DNA of 64,000 bases from Octopus vulgaris (taxonomy: Eukaryota): contig OX597834.1 in NCBI GenBank assembly GCA_951406725.2, forward strand, positions 11,718,001-11,782,000, in the 5' to 3' direction. Numbering within the stretch: position 1 is the stretch's first letter; each line of letters opens with the position of its first letter. A program made the translations under genes and the position numbers. The notes beneath the pieces are model-generated. The model was not told the DNA's origin and did not search any database. It was given only the letters and a program-made list of their open reading frames with translations. Below, piece after piece: positions 27,221 through 40,366 of the stretch.

Positions 27221-27261
<41 letters not shown>

Positions 27262-27264
<3 letters not shown>

Positions 27265-27671
27265 ATAAATGGTCGGACTTTCGTTCGCAGAATTTCAAGG
27301 TAATTGGTTCCCTTGATAGATTCAGGCATAATTCCACCAGCACAAATATCTCCCCAAACCATAACTTTTGGAAGCATTTTTAACAATTAGGATAATGAAG
27401 CGAGCATTATTCCTTCACTTAGGGATCATCTCACATGTCTGCAAAATGCATACACTTCTAAGCTGAGAAGTGTATGCATTTTGCAGACATGTGAGATGAT
27501 CCCCTAAGTGAAGGAATAATGCTCGCTTCATTATCCTAATTGTTAAAAATGCTTCCAAAAGTTATGGTTTGGGGGAGATATTTGTGCTGGTGGAATTATG
27601 CCTGAATGTGATAATATCAAGGGAACCAATTACCTTGAAATTCTGCGAACGAAAGTCCGACCATTTATGGA
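27262..27671. repeat. Near-perfect palindrome of about 410 bp (fold-back duplication of Tc1 sequence)
   Basis: The axis is at agct 27461-27464. The arms differ by two homopolymer lengths, one small indel and one mismatch next to the axis. Confidence 0.92.
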
Positions 27672-27998
27672 GATCAAGCTGTGTGCGCACTTTCGGTGTG
27701 ATGGGGTGCCATGCCACCAGACAAGAGCAGTAAAGCAGTGGCTAAGAAATTCTGGGTATGAGATCTTGGACCCATGGCAAGAAAACTCCCCGGATCTCAA
27801 TCCAATATAGTATTGTTCGGTTATTCTGAAACCGAAAGTAGCCGCTCGTTACCCAACATCAGTATCAGAGTTGAAAAATGCCATTGAATAAGTCTGAACT
27901 ATGGAAATAAAACCTGATTTGTACGAAAAGTGAAATGACCAATGCCTAGCAGAACTGACACCGTGATTTGTAACAAAGGGCTACATACGAAATACTGA
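27549..27998 (+). pseudogene. Tc1/mariner (Tc1-like) transposase C-terminal relic
   Basis: PKVMVWG, DGVPCH, W..NSPDLNPI and MPSR..VI.NKG.HTKY* motifs, interrupted by stops and frameshifts. Confidence 0.85.
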
Positions 27999-28752
27999 TT
28001 CGGCAAAAACCGTTTGATGTTCATTTCTAATTAATATTAAATCAGAATTTTGGAAGGATGTTAATTTCTTACTGATTAAAAGTATTTTCATCGGAAATAT
28101 TCGATCTCGTAAAAAATATTCGATCTCTTTAAAAGGTTAAAACATGTACTGAATCATCCATTCTGACCGCGTGTATATACATACATATTAAAATTAAACT
28201 GAAAAATGACTGAATACTTTATGTCGAGTACATACGTGTGCTTTTAGATGGAGAATGATGGCTATGACTTCAAACGTTTGGCCTGTTAGCGTTCGTCGGA
28301 TTTTTAATATGTTTTTATGTATATTATTTCAGAAATCAATGTTTGTTTCACGTAGACTTAATTTCCAGTGTTGTTTTGTTAAACATCTCTCTTGAACACA
28401 ACTTTACAATCAAATGTGATCCAGCCACGAGACTGCGTCATTTTAGATGTATGTGAGTGTATATTTACCCCTGTGTTCATCTATTTTTACACCAGCTGTA
28501 GATAATTAGCGGAAGTTTTATTATTTGCAGCATGGCGAGTTGCATTATGACACCCAATTTGATAATGCGTTAAACAGAACAGAGCGCGCTCATTTTATGT
28601 ACGGCATCTTCTCTAATCTAATTCAGAGCCTGGAATCTCACAATGAATGGCACGTACACGAAACGGGTAGCCTTTTGGGGATATGTTTCGGGACTTATAT
28701 ACTGGACGTTCGGATCAACATACTGAGATTCGTCAAAAACCTAGCCCAACCC

Positions 28753-29104
28753 AACATATTAAACCGAAGATATAAATGGGAATTCAAATCAGAATTAGTA
28801 TAGGAAAAACCAACTAAGAAAAGTAAAACTTCAATCCCTTGAAATATTATGATATTTTCTGATATCCAGGTTATCATCTTAGAGGCCCTTCTGATGAGTA
28901 CCGCGTTTGAATCTTTCTCAAAACACTAAATCGGCTCAAATCTGTCGATAATATTAATTTTTACAGTTTGTATGCCTATATTGATAGCTAATTTAGGAGA
29001 TCTTGTTTCTGTAACTTATTAATAGATTCTTAGAGCACTGTATATATGTGTTCATAGAGAGAGAGGGAGGGAGAGAGAGAGAGGGAGGGGAGAGAGAGAG
29101 ATGG

Positions 29105-29140
<36 letters not shown>

Positions 29141-29230
29141 AGGTAGGTAGGTATTTATGTGTTTGCGTACACGTGTGTCGAGAAAAGTATATATTTTTAT
29201 GCACATCTATGTACGTATCTTTCTATAAGC

Positions 29231-29278
<48 letters not shown>

Positions 29279-29377
29279 CATATAACATATTAAAACGAAA
29301 ATATAAATGGGAATTCAAATCAGATTTAGTATAGGAAAAACAAACGAAGAAAAGTAAAACTTCAATCCCTTAAAATA
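28753..29377 (+). repeat. 94-bp direct repeats (28753-28846, 29284-29377) enclosing a copy of 25237-25858
   Basis: aacatattaaa...tataaatgggaattcaaatcaga...aaaagtaaaacttcaatccctt occurs on both sides of the insert. Confidence 0.85.
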
Positions 29378-29731
29378 GATATTTGGAATTCTTGCCAAAA
29401 TTTACCCCTAGAATTTACCCGAAATAGTTTGCTGGTAGTGAAGTTATGAACGAGTGTATTCATTTCAAATATTTTAGTAGATTGATTAGTAATAATAGAA
29501 AAATGATTCCTTTAATGGGTTTTAATGAATTATACAAAACTGTAATGACACCAGCTTGTCTGTTGGCGGAACTGGAGATAATATTTCGAGCAACATATTA
29601 TTCAGAAATATACAGTATTTTCTCCTCTATCAACCGTAAATGAATTAATGGAATAAATGTGTTCACTTATGTGTGTGTGTGTGTGTGTGTGAGCGAGTGC
29701 GAACGAATGTGAGGTTGTATAGTTGTTAGTG

Positions 29732-29765
<34 letters not shown>

Positions 29766-29828
29766 AGTGTGTGTGCAGATGTATATATGTATACATATAT
29801 ACGTGTACATTTTCTATGGGTGTATATA

Positions 29829-29873
<45 letters not shown>

Positions 29874-30389
29874 ACACACACTCTCACACATATGTATGTA
29901 TGTATCTACGTATGTATGTATACAGGTCGTCGAACATAAATACTTTTACAGATTCAAGTCTATATGTTTATGGCCGTGTGTATAGGTGTGTGCTTGTATA
30001 ATGCTGTCAGTAGACATGTGTATCGAAACGTATATTGAGTTACAGAATTTCATCGGTAAATCAAAACGAAAATAACTTATAAAGATGCTATCAACTAATA
30101 CTTGCTCATAACATGCGATATTCATTATGAAGTAAGTCTGTGAGATAAAACAGATCGATGGACATATGACGTAACCTGACTTGTAAAAATATATATATTG
30201 ATTTCTTTCGTTTGGCACCTGGATAAACAATTTTGTAGAAAAAACACAAATTCGACTTATTTAGCTTACAATATATCACAAGGGCTAATTTGATGGAAAT
30301 ACAAAGACTATATGACCAATGTGTCTCTGGGTGTATTTGAAATCTCACTCTATAGATTTGCGCCACACTCTCATTAATCACTATTTTAA

Positions 30390-30611
30390 CCCTTTCGATA
30401 CCAACCCGGCTGAACCTGCCTCTGGCTCTGTTGTACAAATATCTTGTTTTCATAAGTTTCAAATTAAAATCTTCCACCAAAACTTTGTCACAATTTATGT
30501 TCCTAACACCAGCTTAATGGAAACTAAGTTATTTTATCAAATTCGTTGTTATATTTAAAATTACTTGAAAGAAACACAGAGCATCTCAAAATAAATATGG
30601 CAACGAAAGGG
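30390..30611. mobile_element. piggyBac-type MITE
   Basis: TTAA|CCCTTTCGATACCA...TGGCAACGAAAGGG (12 of 14 TIR positions match). The right TTAA is lost. Confidence 0.65.
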
Positions 30612-31700
30612 CTGTGCTCTGTTGTTATAGCATCGAGCCTCTGCCCCTTATAATCATGGGCGTGGTTGTGTGGTAAGAAATTTGCTTCCAATCGCATGCC
30701 TCCGGATTCAGACCTACTGCATGACCACTTGGGCTGTTAACTTCTATTAGGACCCCGGTCAACTAAAGCTTTTGAATGGATTACGTATGCGGATGTCTTT
30801 GGAAACAGTGTGAGACGACTGTTGTTATCGCTATGCCTAACTCATCGTCAAGTCAATACCACCATGACTAATATCCAATCTACAGTGGAGAAGGCTAGCC
30901 ACTGGATTTGGTTAAAAAGATACGATGAGCGATGGCTAGAAGGATATTGAGTTTAACTTCATAACCAGCTGATCTAGCAAGCGGGGCCGGTGCGCATTGA
31001 TGCCGTCGAGAGGTAAACCCCGAAACGGCGCGTATTCTCTCCTGATGACCCCATACACTTGCTGGCTTCCGGTATACGGAGCTTCTGACTGGTAGCACTT
31101 GCATGTGCAAGTTGTTTGCAAGACATCTAAAGTACTAGGTGCGACTCGTTCAATTACCTCCGGATTCAATCCTACTGCGTGACCCCTTGGGCTATTAACT
31201 TCTATCAGGACCCTGGCCAACTAAAGCTTTTGAAAGGATTACGTATGCGGATGTCTTTGTGCGTTTCGGTACCACAACCAGCGCTTGACAGCCGGTGCTG
31301 CTTTGTTTATCGTTAAAGTACAAGGCGCGACTCGTTCAATTACCTCCTTCACATACACACTTTCAAGCCAGACCGCAGCCGAATGACTTCAACAAGTAAA
31401 AAATCAAAGTTAGTTAAACGCGTAGCTATCACCCTAACAGCAAAAACATAATGCATTAGCACGCTGCGTTCCCAAATAAACATCCGCTCTCCACATAAGC
31501 TAATTGACTTCACAGACTTCAATATTAGGATTGGACACAATACCTATATCGACATAACTAATATAGATCTTCTCTATATATCATTTTTAGTTAATTGTAG
31601 GAAATAAATTGTTCCATTTCAGATTTGGCGTGCATTTTCAATCGAAATCACAATTATAATTTCTATCTATTCTACATGAATGGCAATAGTCAATTATATT

Positions 31701-31913
31701 CTCTCTCTCTCTTTTACTTGTTTCAGTCATTTTGACTGCGACCATGCTGGAGCGCCACCTTTAGTCGAGCAAATCGACCCCAGGACTTATTCTTTGTAAG
31801 CCCAGTACTTATTCTATCGGTGTCTTTAGCTGAACCGTTAAGTGACGGCGACGTAAACACACCAGAATCGGTTGTCAAGCAATGCTAGGGGGACAAACAC
31901 AGATACACAACAT

Positions 31914-31962
<49 letters not shown>

Positions 31963-32125
31963 TACGACGGGCTTCTTTCATTTTCTGTCTATCAAATCCA
32001 CTCACAAGTCTTTGGTCGGCCCGAGGCTATAGTAGAAGACATTTGTCCAAGATGCCACGCAGTGGGACTGAACCCGGAACCATGTGGTTAGTAAGGAAGC
32101 TACTTACCACACAGCCACTCCTGCG
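31701..32125 (-). mobile_element. SINE family A
   Basis: Match to family A. Confidence 0.85.
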
Positions 32126-32409
32126 TATGTTCGTATTGGCTATTTTACCTTGCTTCATATACAAGAACTTTCAGCCTACCAGAAGTGAAACTGCCAAGAT
32201 TGATACCTGGTTTACATTTATAGTTAGAGTTAATTGTTTTCTTTTGCCGGTAAACCTGTATGGAAAAGCATGCGTGTCATTTTCTCGCGTTTCCCTTTCT
32301 ATAGAATATAAGGACTTTCTGTCCATAAAATGAACAATAATTTTGGAAGGATAAATACAGATAATTTCCTTAGATAAAAGGAGCTATTATATATATATAT
32401 ATATTTTTT

Positions 32410-32623
32410 TTGTACTTGTTTCAGTCATTTGACTGCGGCCATGCTGGAGCACCGCCTTTAGAGTGGTGAAAGAGTACAGCAGGGATCACCACCTCCTGCC
32501 GGAGCCTCGTGGAGCTTTTAGGTGTTTTTCGCTCAATAAACACACACAACGCCCGGTCTGGGAATCGAAACCGCGATCCTCCGACCGCAAGTCCGCTGCC
32601 CTAACCACTAGGCCATTGCGCCA
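32410..32623 (-). mobile_element. Chimeric SINE: family C head fused to family A tail
   Basis: 32463-32623 is the C 5' part and 32410-32461 is the A 3' end, in the same orientation with no spacer. Confidence 0.75.
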
Positions 32624-33202
32624 TTATATGTATTATAATATTTAATTACAAGCAGTAATCACAGCAAAACTCTGTCCTTGAGAATGAGAACATATCTAGG
32701 AGGAAAGATTGATTGAATTGGGTATACTCTAATTCAACAGTCCAATTGGCTATCCCCACAACAAACGCTTTCTTTCTCTCGTTTTAACCTGGAAGCAACA
32801 GAATTGAGTATATTGAAATAAGCTCCTTAGTGTATTAAGTATGAAGCTCTCTGTCGGAATATTCTTCGATGTAATTTCTCTTTCTGTTTCAAGAATTTTG
32901 AAACTAAATATTTCCTTGATATCTTAAATTGAGAGGCTAGGAAATAAACCTTTAGATGTACTTCATATGAACGGTCGTATCTATCGTTCCTCAACGCACA
33001 TATGTATATATATATCCACAGCAGGTGTTCTCAGCCGGAGTTCATATGACACTTGATTGGATAACCATATAAGAGTTTGTTGTTAAAATTTATCTGCAAC
33101 CATTTGGTTGTACACCCACAATGAACAAAATATTTAAACACCGCTTTTTTTTTAAATACAAGTCGTAATAATATTTATTTATGAAGATATACTCTTATAC
33201 GC

Positions 33203-33414
33203 TTTTATTCTTTTGTTTCAATCATTCGACTGCGGCCATGCTGGAGCACCGCCTTTAATCGAACAAATCGACCCCAAGGCTTATTCTTTGTAAGCCTAGT
33301 ACTTATTCTATCGTTCACTTTTGCCGAAACGTTAAGTTACGACGAAGTAAGCACACCAGTATCAGTTGTCAAGCAATGCTAGGGGGACAAACACAGACAC
33401 ACAAACACACACAT

Positions 33415-33445
<31 letters not shown>

Positions 33446-33609
33446 CGACGGGCTTCTTTCAGTCTCCGACTACCAAATCCACTCACAAGGCTTTGGTTAG
33501 CCCGAGGCTATATAAGAAGACACTTGCCCAAGATGCCACGCAGTAGGACTGAATCGGAATCATGTGGTTGGTAAACAAGCAACTTATCACACAACCACTT
33601 CTGCACCTA
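33203..33609 (-). mobile_element. SINE family A
   Basis: Match to family A. Confidence 0.85.
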
Positions 33610-33933
33610 TATAATATGATTTTTTAAAACATTGAATGCCTGGGAGGATTGACCTCAGTAAAATAGGATTCAGAGAAAAAAATGGTTTAGAAACGCTAAA
33701 ACTAAAGTAAAAGGAATTATGAACTCTCAAATATTCTAACGACCATTAAAAAATTAACGAAATATCTCAGATCAAGGTTAGGCAACGTATTGTCGCTATT
33801 TTTTATACAATGCCAAACCAACGCAGGATCTTAAACTAAAAAGTCCCTTGGTATGTCAGAAATGGAAAAAAGTAATATAATAATAATAAATTTCATTTTC
33901 TAGTAACATATGTTCCTTGCACATACGTGCAAG

Positions 33934-34333
33934 AGGCGCAGGAGTGGCTGTGTGGTAAGTAGCTTGTTTACCAGCCACATGGTACCGGGTTCAGTCCCAC
34001 TGCGTGGCACCTTGGGCAAGCGTCTTCTACTATAACCTCGGACCGACCAGTGCCTTGTGAGTGGATTTGATAGACGGAAACTGAAGGAAGCCCGTCGTAT
34101 ATATGTATATAGATGTATATATGTGTGCGTGTATGTTTGTGTTTGTCCCCCTAGCATTGCTTGACAACCGATGCTGGTGTGTTTATGTCCCTGTCACTTA
34201 GCGGTTCGGCAAAAGAGACCGATAGAATAAGTACTGGGCTTACAAAGAATAAGTCCCGGGGTCGAGTTGCTCGATTAAAGGCGGTGCTCCAGCATGGCCG
34301 CATTCAAATTATTGAAACAAGTAAAAGAGTAAA
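33934..34333 (+). mobile_element. SINE family A, inverted relative to 33203
   Basis: Match to family A. Confidence 0.85.
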
Positions 34334-34494
34334 GGGTATGAAATGACTGATGAATTAAAATTTTTTAAATCTAGATAACTATGTATAACTTATTTACGTG
34401 ATTTAAGCATGCAATTTCCAGACAACATCCTCTGAAATTTTTTAATGCCAACCTTTATTGAGTTGTCAGGCATTTTAAATATACTTATTGGGCA

Positions 34495-34879
34495 CTAGCA
34501 GTATCGCCCGGCGTTGCTCGGGTTTGTAAGGGAAATAACTATAAAGCATTTTTAGAGAGTTATAGCCCAAAAATAGGAAAAAATGGGAAAAAAAATTATG
34601 GTAAAATTTTTTTTGATAGTTAAAAAGGTCGAGTTGCGTCCCCTAGACCATCTGTGGTTTGTGTTTTTGATTGTTGACCCCATGTCGAATTTATCGATCT
34701 TTTTCAGAACTGGGGGAACTTTTCAAAATTTTCGCTGCGTTAGTTTTGAATTATGACATTGGGCTATGTGTGTGTCAAGTATCAACAGAATCGGTTGAAA
34801 GCCGTGGTCAGAGTGAGGGTACAACCAAACAGACACACAGAAACACACACAGACAAACTGCCGTTTATATAGAGAGAGA
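34495..34879 (-). mobile_element. Non-autonomous Helitron (second subfamily)
   Basis: a|TCTCTCTCTATATAAACGG...CCCGAGCAACGCCGGGCG ATACTG CTAG|t. It shares about 65 bp of its 3' end with the 19931 copy. Confidence 0.8.
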
Positions 34880-35676
34880 TATATCTCCATTCAGTGGATT
34901 ACTTTTTGTTCATTTCTTCTCCAACGTCTGTAAAAACGGAGCTCTTACCTAAACGCAAATCAGGTGAAAACCGTAACTAACCCGCTCAAATCAGAACCTG
35001 ATATCCTCGAGCAGAATATCTCATTAGATAATTTAGTTCAAGTAATCGTAAAAACTATTGAATAGTGAACCTTGATATGACCTGAGATGATCTGGTGAAG
35101 GCGAACAGAATGCACACGGTTTAGTATATGAGAAAATAAGAAACTGGATTTGATAGCAGTTATTATTACGTAACATGTAGCAAAAAATAAAGAAAAGGCC
35201 AGAAGTCTATTATATTCAGCTGCATCGCTTAATTCGTCCATAAAACACAAAAAAGCTGCTTTAAAACGTATTAGATCCGATTATAGTCTCTTATATCCAA
35301 ACCATTCTATATCGAAAAAAATATAAAGGAAATAAAAGATCAGAGCATTACATAAAGAATAAGTCAATCTCGTTGTGATATGGCAACTGAATTCTTTGCA
35401 AAAGCTGATACATGTTGTAAAGAAGATTAATCACTTTTAATTGCTTAAATCTAAAAACCAACGCAAAGGAAAAAACGTTCGGCAAGAAAATTAATATAAA
35501 TGATATGGCTAATGCTCTGGGAAGATGAAGAAATAGAATGGCCATTACATTATCAACTATTAATTCATTGATGTCGTAATAATATCTGGAGGTTAAACAC
35601 AAAAGAAAAAACGAAGGCGAGGGAAGAGATTTGCCTATATAATTGGGTTTTTTTTTGTTGTTGTTTTTCTTGTTAT

Positions 35677-35830
35677 AGGCGTAGGAGTGGCTGTGTGGTA
35701 AGTAGCTGGCTTACCAACCGGGTTCAGTCCCACTGCGTGGCACTTTGGGCAAGTGTCTTCTACTATAGCCTCGGGTCGACCAAAGCCTTGTGAGTGGATT
35801 TGGTAGACGGAAACAGAAAGAAGCCAGTCG

Positions 35831-35873
<43 letters not shown>

Positions 35874-36070
35874 TTGTAATCTCCAACATCGCTTGACAAC
35901 CGATGCTGGCGTGTTTACGTCCCCGTAACTTAGTGGTTCGGCAAAAGAGAACGATAGAATAAGTAGCAAGCTTACAAAGAATAAGTCCTGTGGTCGATTT
36001 TCTCGACTAAAGGCTGTGCTCCAGCATGGCGACAGTCAAATGACTGAAACAATTAAAAGAGTAAAAGAGT
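35677..36070 (+). mobile_element. SINE family A
   Basis: Match to family A. Confidence 0.85.
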
Positions 36071-36154
36071 TATTATTATTATTACTATTATATTTGTTGT
36101 TGTCGTTGTTGTTATTAAGGCTGCGAGTTGGGTGAATCGTTAGCACGCCGGTGG

Positions 36155-36285
36155 AAATAGATTGATTGATTGATAGATATATAGGTAGGTAGATTGATAG
36201 ATATGTTGGTAGGTAGATAGATAGAGATAGGTAGGTAGATAGATAGATAGAGAGAGAGAGAGAGAGGTAGGTAGAGAGAGAGTGG

Positions 36286-36316
<31 letters not shown>

Positions 36317-36515
36317 GTAGGTAGGTAGATGGATGGATGGATAGGTAGGTATATAGATAGAGAGATAGATAAATAGAGAGATAGATAAATAGAGAGATAG
36401 ATAGATAGATAGATAGATAAATAGAGAGATAGATAGATAAATAGATAGATAAATAGAGAGATAAATAGAGAGATAGAGAGATAGATAGAGAGATAAATAG
36501 AGAGATAGATAGATG
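36155..36515. repeat. (TAGA)n/(TAGG)n tetranucleotide tract
   Basis: Direct reading. Confidence 0.9.
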
Positions 36516-37003
36516 AAATGCGTGTGTTTATGTACGTGGGCGCATCCGTATGCACTGCAAAGATGTAGAGATGAATGAAGCTTGTAAGTATACAGAATAA
36601 TAAATAGGATGCCACTTGATTTGCAAAGAAGGTAATTCGACTCTCAGATGATTTTCGAATTTCATATTCGCGATTTGAGTAAAGATTCATCGTTGCTATT
36701 AAATACCACCAAGATGGAATTTAATACCTCTTTGGCTGTTCTCATGTGGAATTGCATCGCAAATTTTCAAGTTTCTAATGGCAACCACGCTAAATGCATT
36801 TGCTGTTCTTCCTTCGTTGTTTATGCTATCAGCTATTTTTTTCGCTGTGACTACTTGTAGGAAAATTCTCCAGCACAGAATTCACAAGTGCACACACGTA
36901 TAGGGAAATTGATTGGCGCTTTCATACAGACACAACAAACATACACGCATCTGTATGTCCGTATATGTGAGCGTGTGTACGTACTGACATGTGTATTCAA
37001 ACG

Positions 37004-37128
<125 letters not shown>

Positions 37129-37281
37129 TATATATGTATATATACAACCACTCTGTGAATGCTTGCATATACATGTACATATAAATGATTACACACACAT
37201 ATATATATATATTATATATATATTATTTAAATATATATATATATACATATTTGTGTATATGTGGTAATGCATAAAATAAGC

Positions 37282-37322
<41 letters not shown>

Positions 37323-38289
37323 AATATATATACTTTCATTTTCATGTAGATGCACACACACACACATATATATGTATGCGAAGGAATATGGTGCCTGTGT
37401 ATATTTGTATGTATGTATGTATGTATGTATATATGTGTGTATGTATGTATATATATATATATATACACGAGACAAAGAGGGACATTATTTCAACGGATAT
37501 TATGAGGAAGAGAGAGAGAGAGAGAGAAAATGGCTGAATGTGTGCGTGAGAGGCACAGCCCGAACGACAGGGTGAGTGATAAAGAGAATTGTATAGATGT
37601 GTCTGCACAGTGGCATGGTAGTTTATTAGTGTAAGAATTGCTGATAGTCCATCTTTTCCCATTTATATTCCTGAAATATCTAAATGGAAATCTGATAAAG
37701 TCTTGGAATCCATTGAAATAAAATTACGGTAAATTCCGTATGAATCAAAACTAGTAAATCACAGAAAAAGACATTCCTGATGTAAATATAATGGATCCTT
37801 TGTGGACTCCAATGGGATTTTAATGTGTTTATTGCTACATCCATTCTTTTGTTCATCCAACAATACCGATTAAATCCTCCGGCTTTTCACGCGTGTGTAT
37901 ATGTATGTGTGTGCATATACATACGCATCTGTGTGTACGTGTTTATCTATACTAGTATGTATGTGTGTATGTACTGTTGAATGGACGCAGATTTAGTTGT
38001 TAGGATTAAACAATGTAGGACTGCAATCACAGTCAGTCAGAAGTCCATGTACAGAAATGCGTTTTAACCGTTTCATGACTATGTGTGAATTATGGTTCTG
38101 AATTAAACCCATGTTCTGAGTAACCGGGACTTAAGCAACGAGTGAGTTTGGGGTCTGGACAAACATCTATCGCGTGTTCAGTTACCTGTGTAATTATATA
38201 TGTACTCCATCTACTTCCCTTCCTACATCTGCTACTCAGTTTGTTGCTATTACTATCCCCCTTTGTCATCCTCCTACAACTACTAGTAA

Positions 38290-38920
38290 TATCAGTATCG
38301 GTTCCGGGGCAAGGCCAACAACTTTGGGAAAAGGGTTAGGTCGATTTCATCGACGGAAGTCCTCAGTTGGTACTTATTTAATCGACACTGAAAGGATGAA
38401 AAGCAAAGTCGACTGCAGTGGAATTCGAACCTAAATCGTAAAGACGGACGAAATGCCTGTATGCATGTACTCCGTCGTGCTAACGATTCTGCCAGCTCAA
38501 CAGCTTATTTTTCTTCTTGAAATAATCGATACAAGCTCAGGCGTCGAGCTGACGGAATGGTTACTTCGCCAGGAAAATGTTTTGTGGTACGTCTTCCGAT
38601 TTCCCGTTCGGAGTTCTAATACTGTCAGAGTCGATAAAATAAGTGCCAGTTGAAAATTGGGGCCAACGTAATCGAATTTGTGCCAAAATTTGAAACCGAT
38701 ATTATCGTCACAATCAAAGACATCGAAGTGGTTGAATCTTTAGGACACAGGGCGGTATTTTGTCTTTACTTTCTGGGTTCAAATTCCACCGTGGACATCT
38801 TCGTGTTTCATGTTTAAGGGGTCCATAAAGTAAGTACCAGTTGTGCACTGAGGCTGAAGTAATCAACCATTCTCCGTCCTAGAATATTGCTCACCCTGAG
38901 CAAAAATCTGAAGCCAATAT
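38290..38920. mobile_element. Old degenerate SINE B-like copies in both orientations
   Basis: Residual ggatgaaaagcaaagtcgac and ggttcaaattccaccg...aagtaccagttg motifs. Confidence 0.55.
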
Positions 38921-39129
38921 TACAGATATAATAAAAAGCAGAATAAAATTCCTGTCCTACATATCTAGGACTTGAATTTTATTCTCTTAATAGCCAAAGG
39001 AAATCTTTACAGTTAATTATTCCCTCAGCTCACGAATAGCAATATCCGTTGATATTGTTATTCCTGAACTATTGTATCGTAGATACAATTTTTCTGAATA
39101 AAACAAATGCATTTTAAATTGGAAAAAGC

Positions 39130-39204
<75 letters not shown>

Positions 39205-39732
39205 AAAAAGAGAGAAAATAGAAGATGTAAAACCATTAAGTACAAAGCAAAAAATACCCCGTAAGCTATAATAATCAAAATGCTCGAATAAATAATTGAA
39301 AAATGAAATAATCTAAATAGAAATAAACAAATATGAAATATAAGAAATATAAATATAAACTTAAAACCGAATAGAGAAATGGTAAATTGTGCGATAACAA
39401 AGAAGGAACGAGTAAAAGGAAGGAAGAAGAAAATATATGAATACATAGAGGCAACGTATACACATATGTGTGTCGGATTGATGTGGTACGAGGCCCATTG
39501 AGAACGTTTTCGTCGGCTTTGAATAGGAAATTAATGAGCATTCGATTGGCGTGTACATTCGCATATAACGGGTGATGGGCATTTATTAAAAAATACGTTG
39601 GTGTACAGGAATACACTCGGGGAACCCCGGAGGAAATGTTAAACAGCAAAGAAAACTTTAAGTTCAATCAAGAAACCATGCTTCTGAGAGAGCCTAGGTT
39701 TACAGGGAAATTAATCAAATTTCTATGACGCA

Positions 39733-39771
<39 letters not shown>

Positions 39772-39772
<1 letters not shown>

Positions 39773-40055
39773 ACGTGACCGACCAGTTGCTACACATCGC
39801 TGGTAACAATGCGCATTGCATTGTTTTAGCCTTCAAAGGACGCCACCCCGCTGGCTAAGCGAGCAGGCCCACAGAAGAAAGAGTGAGAGAAAGTTGTGGC
39901 GAAAGAGTACAGCATGGATCGCCACCACCCCCTGCCGGATCCTCGTGGAGCTTTAGGTATTTTCGCTCAATAATTACTCACAACTTCCGGTCTGGGAAAC
40001 CGCGATCCTACAACCGCGTGTCCGCTGCCCTAACCACTGGGCCATTGCGCCTCCA
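39772..40055 (-). mobile_element. SINE family C head and body with a third tail type
   Basis: C-type 5' part, then CCTGCTCGCTTAGCCAGCGGGGTGGCGTC...GGTCGGTCACGTTG, which is absent from the 1189 and 9211 copies. Confidence 0.75.
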
Positions 40056-40253
40056 CACACACACACATACACATATGTATGTATGTATTGAGGGTAAAAA
40101 TTTTTATTAAAAAATAGCAATTTATACCAGTAGCCAATATGCTATTAGTATAACGAAAGTCCAAGGACTGCAATTTATTTTCGTATTTGGCGTTTACCTT
40201 CAGCATGTAAGGAAACCATTTCGTGGTTTTGCTCTTATATTTGTGTGTATATA

Positions 40254-40310
<57 letters not shown>

Positions 40311-40329
40311 GAGAGAGAAAGAGGGAGGA

Positions 40330-40366
<37 letters not shown>

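Noticed and set aside
31000-31052. CCGTCGA GAGG-taaa-CCCC GAAACG...CGTA and a nearby CTGATGA as a hammerhead
   Set aside because: Two core mismatches and no stem I. The type-II reading has no stem II pairing.
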